DNA of 24,516 nt from a virus (taxonomy: Duplodnaviria; Caudoviricetes). The notes under the pieces were generated by a model that made no database searches, was not told the origin of the DNA, and saw only the letters and a list, made by a program, of their open reading frames with translations. Where the stretch lies: IMG/VR virus record IMGVR_UViG_3300020045_003201, positions 1 to 24,516 of that record, one strand, 5' to 3'. This document shows positions 1 to 7,276 of this stretch, piece after piece (position 1 is the stretch's first letter; the number at the start of each line of letters is the position of its first letter). The position numbers were made by a program, and so were the translations under genes.

Positions 1-80
1 TAAATTGCCTTCACACAATTTAAGAGGTTTCTCGGATTAGTCTATTGACTAAAAATCTTAATACAAGTGAAGGGTTGCAT
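1..80 (-). ncRNA. Structured leader RNA, copy 1 (kissing-loop attenuator-like; 3' end cut by the window edge)
   Basis: Minus strand: ATGCAA-CCCTTCAC-TTGTAT hairpin (80-61), TTAGTC-AATA-GACTAA hairpin (52-37), TAAATTG-TGTGAAGG-CAATTTA hairpin (22-1). Loops CCTTCAC and GTGAAGG are complementary. Confidence 0.7.
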
Positions 81-82
81 TG

Positions 83-112
83 CAAATATAGTTATTAATT
101 ATTAATGCGCAA
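83..112 (-). promoter_or_regulatory. Bacteroidota sigma-A type promoter
   Basis: Minus strand TTG (112-110), 19 nt spacer, TATATTTG (90-83); matches the -33/-7 TTTG/TAnnTTTG consensus. Confidence 0.7.
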
Positions 113-127
113 CAGTTTTATGTAAAA

Positions 128-285
128 AAAGATATGTCACGCTGTAAACCCTAATAAAATAAGGGCTTAACAAAGAAAAGTGACATATCTTTATAAAAAC
201 AGTCAGTAATCAAAACTTTTTTATTTTACGTTTTCGTTTTTTATATAGTAAGTATAAAGTACTTTTTTAGTCGATGTGTCACGCT
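128..285. repeat. Inverted and direct repeat cluster, candidate replication origin
   Basis: Perfect 13-bp inverted repeat AAAGATATGTCAC (128-140) / GTGACATATCTTT (180-192); TGTCACGCT at 135-143 and 277-285; AT-rich non-coding DNA next to the helicase. Confidence 0.45.
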
Positions 286-306
286 TTTTTGTAAGTTAAT
301 ACAAAT

Positions 307-340
307 AAAAAAACCTTAACACGTTTAGTATTAAGGTTTT
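307..340 (-). terminator. Intrinsic terminator after helicase
   Basis: AAAACCTTAA...TTAAGGTTTT stem with a T-run on the minus strand, just past the helicase stop. Confidence 0.7.
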
Positions 341-348
341 AAGATAAA

Positions 349-1986
349 TCACTGAAAAATAGCTTTTAATCGACTTTCTATCTTTTCTTGAAGATATGCG
401 TAAGTTCTAGGGACTCCATTTTTAATCATATTTACAAATCTGTAGTTGTTTTTAAGATACTCTTGTATTCTTTGAACTAAATACCCAGTTCGAACACGGG
501 TTTCATATACTTCTTTTGTGACTCGGTATAGTTTCCAAAGGTCAACATATTTTTCAATTAATATACGATAGTAGTCTTTTTTATCATTGCTGGTCCTGAC
601 AACAAACTCAGCTATTTTTTTACCGTTTGGTAATGGTATCACTTGCAAAGCAACTGTTTTTTTATCCACAATATCCAATTCGTTTTCCTCTCCTTCTCCA
701 GTTGGGGCCCTGGTAGCTAATTGTACAGTATTTACATGACCACAATCAGGGCATTCATCTTTATTAGATCCGAGCCAATTATAACCGCATTTTTCACATT
801 GTACAAGAGTTTCTTTTTTCTTTTTAGCCTTTACTACTCCGTTATAAAAAATATCCTTCCAATCCAATTGATCGGACCATTTACCAAGTCGTTTTACATT
901 TCCTCCTAAATCAATTACAATAAAGTTATCTTTAAAAATTAAGTCGCTCGGTCTTGCTCCCCTGCCTATAATTTGGTGCCATAATGAAAGTGACTTTGTT
1001 GGACGATTTACTATTATACACTCTACTTCTTTTACGTCAAAACCAGTGGTAAAAGTTCCTGTGCTTACAAGTATAGCTCCATCCGTTTCTTTAAACCATT
1101 GGACCGTTGTTTTACGCTCTGAACTTTCATTGTTTACAGAATCGTAAGATTGTATTTTATTCCCTGCATCCGTAAAAGTTTGGACCAATGAAGTATTTTG
1201 TTTTGTCGAAGCTGTAAAAATCATAGTCTTTTTACCGAGTGCCTTTTCTACATATTCATCTAAAACATTTTTATCGTGTTTTATACTTTCCTCAGCTATT
1301 TCATTTTCGTCAAAATCATCGTCTCCTTTTGCTTTTAATTCTGAATAATAATCATAATCGAAAATAATTTCATCTACAAGCGAACCTTCATCAATCAGGA
1401 CCCGAATAGGAATACCGACAATAACATTTGAATAAGTTTCAGACAAAGTTATAGGCGCGCTCCATTTTATAGCATAGTCCTTATAACAGCAAACTTCACG
1501 TGTTTTAAATCTCTTGTTACAATGTTCGCATTCATAATAAGTAATTCTTTTGTTTAGTGATGGAGTTGCTGTAAATCCAGTCCTAAATGCATTATCGAAT
1601 AAATGAAATGTTTTTACATGTACTTGTTCGTGTGCTTCATCTACAATAAACAAACCAATATCAAGTTTTATTTTTCGTGAATGAATTGTTTGAGTCATTC
1701 CAACAAAAACATTATTACTAAAATCGGGTTTTGACTTTGCTGTAATCTTATCGTTTAGTATTCCAAGTTTTGCGAGTGTCTCAGAAGTTTGATCCACAAG
1801 TTCGTCACGATGGACCGACACAAGTACCTTTTTATCTGGATTACGATTAAGCCATTCTTTAATAAAAAAAGCCATAATTACAGTTTTACCTGATCCTGTT
1901 GCAGACTGACATAAAACTGAGTCGTGAATTTTCTCTGCTTCAAATATGGAATTGACCATATTTGATTGGTAGTATCTTAATTGCAT
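349..1986 (-). CDS. Superfamily 2 DExH helicase (RadD/YejH-like) with zinc-binding motifs
   Basis: Q motif LRYYQ, Walker A ATGSGKT, DEAH, motif III TATP, TTGFD, motif VI QIIGRGAR, C-terminal CEKC...CPDC. Confidence 0.92.
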   Translation of the reverse strand: MQLRYYQSNMVNSIFEAEKIHDSVLCQSATGSGKTVIMAFFIKEWLNRNPDKKVLVSVHRDELVDQTSETLAKLGILNDKITAKSKPDFSNNVFVGMTQTIHSRKIKLDIGLFIVDEAHEQVHVKTFHLFDNAFRTGFTATPSLNKRITYYECEHCNKRFKTREVCCYKDYAIKWSAPITLSETYSNVIVGIPIRVLIDEGSLVDEIIFDYDYYSELKAKGDDDFDENEIAEESIKHDKNVLDEYVEKALGKKTMIFTASTKQNTSLVQTFTDAGNKIQSYDSVNNESSERKTTVQWFKETDGAILVSTGTFTTGFDVKEVECIIVNRPTKSLSLWHQIIGRGARPSDLIFKDNFIVIDLGGNVKRLGKWSDQLDWKDIFYNGVVKAKKKKETLVQCEKCGYNWLGSNKDECPDCGHVNTVQLATRAPTGEGEENELDIVDKKTVALQVIPLPNGKKIAEFVVRTSNDKKDYYRILIEKYVDLWKLYRVTKEVYETRVRTGYLVQRIQEYLKNNYRFVNMIKNGVPRTYAYLQEKIESRLKAIFQ

Positions 1987-1998
1987 AGTGTATGAATG

Positions 1999-2083
1999 AA
2001 AAAGCCCCTATGATCCACTACAATCATAAGAGCCTTTTAGATTAGACGTTGTCTAAATATCTTCTCGCAAGTAGTGGGTTGCG
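1999..2083 (-). ncRNA. Structured leader RNA, copy 2, upstream of helicase
   Basis: Minus strand: CGCAA-CCCACTAC-TTGCG (2083-2066), TTAGAC-AAC-GTCTAA (2056-2042), terminator-like GGCTCTTATGAT-TGTAGTGG-ATCATAGGGGCT plus T-run. Loops CCACTAC and GTAGTGG are complementary. Confidence 0.75.
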
Positions 2084-2090
2084 GTTTACT

Positions 2091-2121
2091 CAAACTTACA
2101 ATTTTACTTTTGATTACGCAA
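2091..2121 (-). promoter_or_regulatory. Bacteroidota sigma-A type promoter
   Basis: Minus strand TTG (2121-2119), 20 nt spacer, TAAGTTTG (2098-2091). Confidence 0.65.
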
Positions 2122-2373
2122 TTTTTTTTGTGTTAAAGTTAAGAACTTGTCAAACTTCTTTTTAGCTAATTTTTCAGAAGTCGCAATACATTCAAAAAAA
2201 CTACCATCTGTCCCGTAATAAAACTTATATTCTTTACAGCCTTTCGGGATTACTTTTTTAGGCGGTTTGGGTGGTTCAAATTCTCTTGGCTCGTTTTCTC
2301 TATCAAAATTTGTTTCTGACATCATTGCCATTGCCATAACAAATCCTAAATAACCTTTCATTTTACTATTCAT
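2104..2373 (-). CDS. Hypothetical phage protein (89 aa)
   Basis: ORF track 2104..2520; ATG at 2373 (MNSKMKG) preferred because the upstream extension runs through the attC-like hairpin from a GTG. Confidence 0.65.
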   Translation of the reverse strand: MNSKMKGYLGFVMAMAMMSETNFDRENEPREFEPPKPPKKVIPKGCKEYKFYYGTDGSFFECIATSEKLAKKKFDKFLTLTQKKLRNQK

Positions 2374-2403
2374 AACATATTTAATTTTAAGTTTCCGTAC
2401 TCC

Positions 2404-2540
2404 TGATAACAAGTGATATGAGCGATTTTCGGCATTTGTGATTATTGATTTATTTTTTTGTACTTGGTAATATTTGGTAACATCTGAAAGTCGGTTTTCT
2501 ACCACTCCGAAAATCCGCACATATCACTGAACCGTTATAA
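2404..2540 (+). repeat. attC-like site A
   Basis: TGATAAC-A-AGTGATATGAGCGATTTTCGG (2412-2432) ... CCGAAAATCCGCACATATCACT (2507-2528)-GAACC-GTTATAA; one A/A mismatch and one bulged base; AAC to GTT 129 bp. Confidence 0.75.
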
Positions 2541-3014
2541 GCTATTTTGAAATTCCCAAAAAGAAAGCTTTCCTTTTACGTTTAGAATAGGCTTTTCATA
2601 AAGAACTGGATTAGCCAGTACCCAATTATAAATTGGTTTTTCACTTAGAACAAATACTCCATCACCAACATAATTACCTTTTGTTTTTTCGGCCCAAATG
2701 GAATGGTGATTCACTACGCAATCAATAATTTCAACTTCGCCAATGATGGCTCCAAATGGCATAGTACCTTCAAAAGCTGTTTGCAGAATAGGTATGGCTT
2801 GTTTGGTTTGTTCATCTGTCAATTGAATATTGAATTTTTTAGATCCTGAAACATGAATATAAATTTTGCCACGAAAATGAGTTTTCCATTTTCTATTTTC
2901 GATATCCTTTATTCCTAATAATGGATTATTTTCTCTAGGTGTACATACAAGAGAAGCCCACGGTTGTTTTATTGATAGTGCTTTCATTCTTTGTTGTTTT
3001 TTATTTTCTTCCAT
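2535..3014 (-). CDS. ASCH domain protein
   Basis: MKALSIKQPWASL, GIKDIENRKW, RGKIYIH, GAIIGEVEIIDC, WVLANP, VKGKLSFW are characteristic ASCH motifs. Confidence 0.9.
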   Translation of the reverse strand: MEENKKQQRMKALSIKQPWASLVCTPRENNPLLGIKDIENRKWKTHFRGKIYIHVSGSKKFNIQLTDEQTKQAIPILQTAFEGTMPFGAIIGEVEIIDCVVNHHSIWAEKTKGNYVGDGVFVLSEKPIYNWVLANPVLYEKPILNVKGKLSFWEFQNSL

Positions 3015-3027
3015 AATTTCTTTATTT

Positions 3028-3057
3028 AAAAGCCACCCGTTTTAATTGATGGCTTTT
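3028..3057. terminator. Hairpin, possible intrinsic terminator
   Basis: AAAAGCCA...TGGCTTTT inverted repeat in the intergenic gap. Confidence 0.45.
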
Positions 3058-3067
3058 GGTTTTGTGT

Positions 3068-3301
3068 TTAAATTTCTATTACAGAAAATGGAATTTCTTC
3101 ATAAATATTATATAGTTCGCTAAATTCTTTAGGATAATCTTCTGAATTTTGCCAGTCAATTTCAAATTGTTTGCTTTCTTCATCTTCATTAAATTCTATC
3201 ATTCCTTTTTTTACTGCCTCATATTCGTTTTCGGCAGTAATTTTAAATAATTTCAAGACATTTTCGAATAACGAAAGAATGCCTACTACATAGTTTTTCA
3301 T
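3068..3301 (-). CDS. Hypothetical acidic phage protein
   Basis: 77 aa ATG ORF with A-rich leader, fits operon spacing. Confidence 0.7.
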   Translation of the reverse strand: MKNYVVGILSLFENVLKLFKITAENEYEAVKKGMIEFNEDEESKQFEIDWQNSEDYPKEFSELYNIYEEIPFSVIEI

Positions 3302-3341
3302 AATTATATTTATTTAGATTATTTTAAATTCTGTTTGTTGG

Positions 3342-3710
3342 TTAGAAAGGGAGGTCGTCAGCTTCTTCTTCATTGAAATTAGTCGCTGGCGCAAAAGCTT
3401 CTTTTGTTGGTGTTGCAGGCGTTTGTATTGGCGCTCCAGCAACTCTTTCAATTCTCCAGCCTTGTATTTGATTAAAATACTTGGTTTCTCCTTGTGGATT
3501 AACCCACTCACGACCACGTAAATTTATAGAGACTTTCACTTGTTCGCCAATTTGATACGGGTCAATTAAATCGCATTTATCCTGTGCAAATTCAATAAGA
3601 ATATGCTGCGGGTATTGCTCGTCTGTTGTTACTACTAATTCAGACTTTTTAAAACTTGCAGTTACTTGAATATCTCCTGACTTGTACTTTACTTTTCCTT
3701 CTACTTCCAT
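3342..3710 (-). CDS. DUF3127-family protein, probable single-stranded DNA-binding protein
   Basis: FKKSELVVTTDEQYPQHILIEF, VSINLRGREW, YFNQIQGWRI, acidic tail DDLPF; next to the AAA ATPase. Confidence 0.85.
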   Translation of the reverse strand: MEVEGKVKYKSGDIQVTASFKKSELVVTTDEQYPQHILIEFAQDKCDLIDPYQIGEQVKVSINLRGREWVNPQGETKYFNQIQGWRIERVAGAPIQTPATPTKEAFAPATNFNEEEADDLPF

Positions 3711-3712
3711 GT

Positions 3713-3958
3713 TTATTTTTGTTTTAAATTATTTCTTCTTTGTTCTCTTAATTGAAACTCACGTTCCGAAAGTAATTTTTTAAATCTTTTACTCTCTTGA
3801 TAAAACATATTGAAAGTTTCGTCTTTCATGTTTTCATTCCAATCACCTTTTTCTTCGCTTGTTATCTTTGAAGATAAATGTTTTTGTCTTATTTCTTCTG
3901 GAATTAAAAAATATTCCTCTTCTGTAATTCTTAAAAATAATTCGTTATTTGCTCCCAT
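3713..3958 (-). CDS. Hypothetical phage protein
   Basis: 81 aa ORF tightly coupled to neighbours. Confidence 0.75.
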   Translation of the reverse strand: MGANNELFLRITEEEYFLIPEEIRQKHLSSKITSEEKGDWNENMKDETFNMFYQESKRFKKLLSEREFQLREQRRNNLKQK

Positions 3959-4799
3959 CTGTATCTGGTGTTAATTCTAATTTTCGTTTATCTTTTACTT
4001 CTACAAACTCTGGATTAGTTTGAAATGATTTATATTTTGTCCAAACTTCTCCCATTGCTTTAATATCTACAACCTCTGACATTTCGTTTTTAGCTATTTC
4101 TAAAGGACTTAAAACAATTTCACCGTTATTGCACCATTCCATTAACTTGCGCCCAGTTTCCGAATCAATAACAAAAGGCGGTTGATCCATAAAAAGCCCT
4201 GTACGGTCTTTTGATGCCGTTGCCATGTGATTAGTTTCTAAATTAAAATTAATCGTTAATTCGTACTCAAAACCTTCTCTAGTGATTTCTTTTAGCCCTA
4301 CCTTAACAGGAGCTTGTTTGCCTTTATCATTTAAAGCCATTTCATAGTCTTGTTTTCTCCTTACTGATGAAATAATATGACATTTACTAGATAGAAGCGT
4401 ATCAATAAAATTTTGATGTCTAGGAGTTACGGAAGCCCAATTTGTATAGCTGTTACCTGTCATTTTAGAGTGAATTTCTAAACACCCGCCTTTACCGTCC
4501 CACTCATGAGTAATTGAATCTATAATGATAACCTCCATCCCTGCATTTTCACAAACTTTAATTGCTTCTACATAACGTTCTGGATTGAAAGGAGCTTCTA
4601 TGTCTATTGCATTAAAATCACCTAAATGACTGTAAAGACTTGCGCTCCCATTTTCGGTATCTATAACCGCTATTTTAGTCCAGTCGTTTGTCATTCCGTA
4701 AGCCAATAACAAAGCGCTCATTGTTTTTCCTCCACCGCTTACAGCCGATAATCCTAATCTAAGTTTTACTTGTTTTCTGGTTGCCTTCTTTAATTGCAT
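3945..4799 (-). CDS. AAA_24-family ATPase (Sak4-like recombination protein)
   Basis: Walker A variant AVSGGGKT, VIDTENGS, Walker B IIIDSITHEW, REGFEYE; ATG at 4799 (MQLKKATR). Confidence 0.85.
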   Translation of the reverse strand: MQLKKATRKQVKLRLGLSAVSGGGKTMSALLLAYGMTNDWTKIAVIDTENGSASLYSHLGDFNAIDIEAPFNPERYVEAIKVCENAGMEVIIIDSITHEWDGKGGCLEIHSKMTGNSYTNWASVTPRHQNFIDTLLSSKCHIISSVRRKQDYEMALNDKGKQAPVKVGLKEITREGFEYELTINFNLETNHMATASKDRTGLFMDQPPFVIDSETGRKLMEWCNNGEIVLSPLEIAKNEMSEVVDIKAMGEVWTKYKSFQTNPEFVEVKDKRKLELTPDTDGSK

Positions 4800-4803
4800 A
4801 ATC

Positions 4804-5070
4804 TTAATTTTTAATTGGTTTTTCAAAAATAACATCCATTTTGCTAATCGTAGAAGCGTTTGGAATGAAACTGCTTATTGTTTGCGCTCGGTCTAAATAA
4901 GACTTACGCTTATTTGCTAAGTACTCACAAAATTCATCTTCAAATTCATTAAAAGATTCAATTTGTTTTTTGTGGTCTCCAGTTGATAAAATTGATAACA
5001 TCATATGAGACGCTATTTCTTTAGGCGTTGGATTTGTTAGCCTTAATAGGTAAATAAGTATTCTTTTCAT
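4804..5070 (-). CDS. Hypothetical phage protein
   Basis: 88 aa ATG ORF in operon. Confidence 0.7.
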   Translation of the reverse strand: MKRILIYLLRLTNPTPKEIASHMMLSILSTGDHKKQIESFNEFEDEFCEYLANKRKSYLDRAQTISSFIPNASTISKMDVIFEKPIKN

Positions 5071-5088
5071 AATTTTATTTTTTAATGG

Positions 5089-5322
5089 TTAATTCCCGAA
5101 GTATTTTTTTTTGATTCTCTTTGTTTCCTCAGCTAATTCATTTTGATAGAGAAGTGTTTTTTCGATTATTTCCTCAGTAGCTCCTACATAAAGTTTTGGT
5201 ACATCTACAAAAAGCTTTTTAAACCAGTTCTTTTCAATATTAGAACGCTCTTTTCCTGTTGCGATAGACAGAACCTCATAGAAATAAGGTCTGTCTTTTA
5301 TTCTTTTAAATTTTGCTAACAT
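5089..5322 (-). CDS. Hypothetical basic protein, possibly DNA-binding
   Basis: 77 aa ORF; segment EVLSIATGKERSNIEKNWF is loosely HTH-like (inference). Confidence 0.65.
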   Translation of the reverse strand: MLAKFKRIKDRPYFYEVLSIATGKERSNIEKNWFKKLFVDVPKLYVGATEEIIEKTLLYQNELAEETKRIKKKYFGN

Positions 5323-5513
5323 ATTTTAAATAGTTTTTTAAGTTTGATAATTGCGTATGAAGCGCTAACGTCTCCTAATTCTTCTACTATGCTTTTTACT
5401 TCAGCATATTTTTTTCTAAGTTCTGAATAATCTTCTTGCAGTTGTTCTAATTCTGAGAATGGAGGCAAGTCTTCCATTTCATCTAATGGGTTGTATTCTG
5501 GATATTCTGTCAT
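5316..5513 (-). CDS. Hypothetical phage protein (coiled-coil)
   Basis: 65 aa ATG ORF overlapping the next start. Confidence 0.7.
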   Translation of the reverse strand: MTEYPEYNPLDEMEDLPPFSELEQLQEDYSELRKKYAEVKSIVEELGDVSASYAIIKLKKLFKIC

Positions 5514-5515
5514 GG

Positions 5516-5764
5516 CTAACGTTGTTTTAACATCGCATCTGCAAGTCTATAACCTGTCCTAGCTATTATATCGTCAGTTTCATTCATTTCAGTTTCTCCA
5601 AATTGTCTTTTCAGCACTTCTCCTATATTTGGTTGTGATAATATAGCCTGCATCGCCTTAGCTGCAAAATAATCTCGTAATGTCATACCTCTAAATTCAT
5701 CAATGCACGTATTTGCGTCTTGAGGAAATGCAATTGGATTGCTAGGTTTTTTATTTTCTTCCAT
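5516..5764 (-). CDS. Conserved phage protein with GMTLRDYFAAKAMQ motif
   Basis: AFP...GMTLRDYFAAKAMQA...YRLADAML, a widespread phage family of unknown function. Confidence 0.85.
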   Translation of the reverse strand: MEENKKPSNPIAFPQDANTCIDEFRGMTLRDYFAAKAMQAILSQPNIGEVLKRQFGETEMNETDDIIARTGYRLADAMLKQR

Positions 5765-5786
5765 GTTTTTAGTTTTTAAAGTTAAA

Positions 5787-5794
5787 CAAATGTA
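5787..5794 (-). promoter_or_regulatory. -7 promoter element
   Basis: TACATTTG on the minus strand 22 nt upstream of the ATG at 5764; -33 box not clear. Confidence 0.5.
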
Positions 5795-5836
5795 GTGTAT
5801 AATTATGAATAATAATAATATAATATGTTAAATTTT

Positions 5837-6019
5837 TCAAAACGGAATAAATTCTTTTTTGGGCTTAGGGAGTAAATCTTTATACTCCCGTTTTATCTTC
5901 TCGCTTATTGCATCACGAATGAATTTACCAACATCAACATTATAAGACTTCATTTTTTGAAGTGTATTCAACTGAATTTCTGAAACACGAATTACTTTAG
6001 TTTTAGTGTACTTTTTCAT
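5837..6019 (-). CDS. Small basic protein, ribbon-helix-helix-like
   Basis: TKVIRVSE strand, then helix, then DVGKFIRDAISEKI helix, matching RHH spacing (inference). Confidence 0.7.
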   Translation of the reverse strand: MKKYTKTKVIRVSEIQLNTLQKMKSYNVDVGKFIRDAISEKIKREYKDLLPKPKKEFIPF

Positions 6020-6051
6020 AATTGTAATACATTTATAACGTGTATCCGATA

Positions 6052-6874
6052 GTTAGCAGGCATTAGCTATATTTGGTTTTTCATAAGAAATTCTGTCCAC
6101 TGGACCGCCATTGCTTTTGCTATTCCTGGAAACGTTTTGCTTCTTAATTTTGCTCTTTCGTCTTTTGGTAATTTCCAAGCTTCCGCATACCACGCAGGCA
6201 TTGTTTTTCCGCTTGCAAATTCAGTTCTTTTCGGTGGATCGACAACATCTGTTGCTTCTAGTTTTGGTAATCCTTTTAGCCATAAGCAGGTCTTTTTTTC
6301 AAAAGCATCGCCAAATTGATAGGGATTAATTATCTGGTCGGGTTTTCTCCATTCACTACTCATTATTCCCACAGGATTTTCAATTGCAATAAAATCACAA
6401 TCAGCATCAGCAAGTAATTTAAAGAATCCAATTGCTTCTTTTCTGTCTTCGTGCCTTTTTATCGCTTGCTCTCCATATCTTTCAATATTAAACCATCTAT
6501 TACCCGTAACAGTCAAAAATGTGCAAGGAGGAAATCCTATAATTGCATCCCATTTTTGTTTTAATAATTCAGTTACATCTTGCTGTAAATGCCATTCGGG
6601 ATGCCCGCCTGAACACGGTAATATATCACAAGAAAAAGCCTCGTGACCTAATTTTCTTAATTCAATTGTAACCGCCTGGCTTTCTTCACAGGCTAATAAA
6701 AATCTTAATTTTTTCATAACAACTTTTTTACTTAACGACCCGTAACGCCTGCTAACAATGCATAACACTAATTACGGTTTCGGTCTTGAATTTATAATTG
6801 GTTTTGTATCAGCGATACGGTTTTTAATCTGAATGTTTCGGCTTATTTAGTCCGTAACTAGAGTTATGCTCAAC
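6052..6874 (+). mobile_element. Integron-like cassette 1 (methyltransferase) including attC-like site C
   Basis: Starts GTTAGCAGGCATTA (6052-6065); cargo ends TAACGCCTGCTAAC (6743-6756), 13/14 reverse complement; followed by a 124-bp hairpin. Confidence 0.7.
6067..6717 (-). CDS. Phage C5-cytosine DNA methyltransferase-like protein
   Basis: LLACEESQAV, FSCDI, catalytic-type GFPPCT, IENPVG, QFGD, KKTCLWL, RSKTFPGIAKAMA; ATG at 6717 (MKKLRF). Confidence 0.8.
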   Translation of the reverse strand: MKKLRFLLACEESQAVTIELRKLGHEAFSCDILPCSGGHPEWHLQQDVTELLKQKWDAIIGFPPCTFLTVTGNRWFNIERYGEQAIKRHEDRKEAIGFFKLLADADCDFIAIENPVGIMSSEWRKPDQIINPYQFGDAFEKKTCLWLKGLPKLEATDVVDPPKRTEFASGKTMPAWYAEAWKLPKDERAKLRSKTFPGIAKAMAVQWTEFLMKNQI

Positions 6875-6881
6875 GTTAGGG
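6750..6881 (+). repeat. attC-like site C
   Basis: TGCTAAC-AAT-GCATAACACTAATTACGG (6760-6777) ... CCGTAACTAGAGTTATGC (6852-6869)-TCAAC-GTTAGGG; 16/18 paired; AAC to GTT 124 bp. Confidence 0.78.
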
Positions 6882-7076
6882 AACAGCTTGCGTAGGAATC
6901 TCCAAAAGTCCGTAAAATTCATTATTACAGCATTTAGGGCATATTAATTCTGTCATACCGTCTCCTAAATAATTTGTTCCTTTTTGCTCATCTGTGCCTT
7001 CCCATTTGCATTTTTGTTTAGTACATTGGTAAGCTTTTGCTTTTTCTCCGTGTTTTGTGAATTTTATTTTTGCCAT
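6876..7076 (-). CDS. Small zinc-ribbon-like protein
   Basis: CTKQKCKWEG and CPKC motifs; TAA stop lies inside the GTTA core at 6875. Confidence 0.75.
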   Translation of the reverse strand: MAKIKFTKHGEKAKAYQCTKQKCKWEGTDEQKGTNYLGDGMTELICPKCCNNEFYGLLEIPTQAVP

Positions 7077-7086
7077 TTGTTTTCGT

Positions 7087-7251
7087 TTAAAAAATAGGTT
7101 TGCCGTTCTTATTTATCGGAACTCCTGTAACTGTTGTCACTTCGTGCTTTCCGTTTATTACAATATATTTTCTTTTGGATTTAGAGCTAAAAAATTCTTT
7201 TAACTTAGTTCTTCTATATCCACTTTCTTGGAGTCTATTTCTAATTTCCAT
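7087..7251 (-). CDS. Small basic hypothetical protein (54 aa, not in ORF track)
   Basis: MEIRNRLQESGYRRTKLKEFFSSKSKRKYIVINGKHEVTTVTGVPINKNGKPIF*, translated by hand; stop 10 nt before the next ATG. Confidence 0.6.
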   Translation of the reverse strand: MEIRNRLQESGYRRTKLKEFFSSKSKRKYIVINGKHEVTTVTGVPINKNGKPIF

Positions 7252-7276
7252 AATATTTGTCTTTAAAAAGCCGATT

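Noticed and set aside
721-909. Plus-strand 62 aa ORF
   Set aside because: Antisense shadow of the helicase.
3314-3517. 67 aa minus-strand ORF
   Set aside because: Alternate frame almost entirely inside the DUF3127 gene, GTG start, no recognisable motif.
2534-6039. GTTATAA (2534) and TTATAAC (6033) as ends of one 3.5-kb cassette
   Set aside because: Only 7 AT-rich bases match, no hairpin follows, and the span contains core recombination genes and a promoter.
6111-6329. Two plus-strand ORFs (6111..6329, 6137..6319)
   Set aside because: Antisense to the methyltransferase, non-ATG starts.
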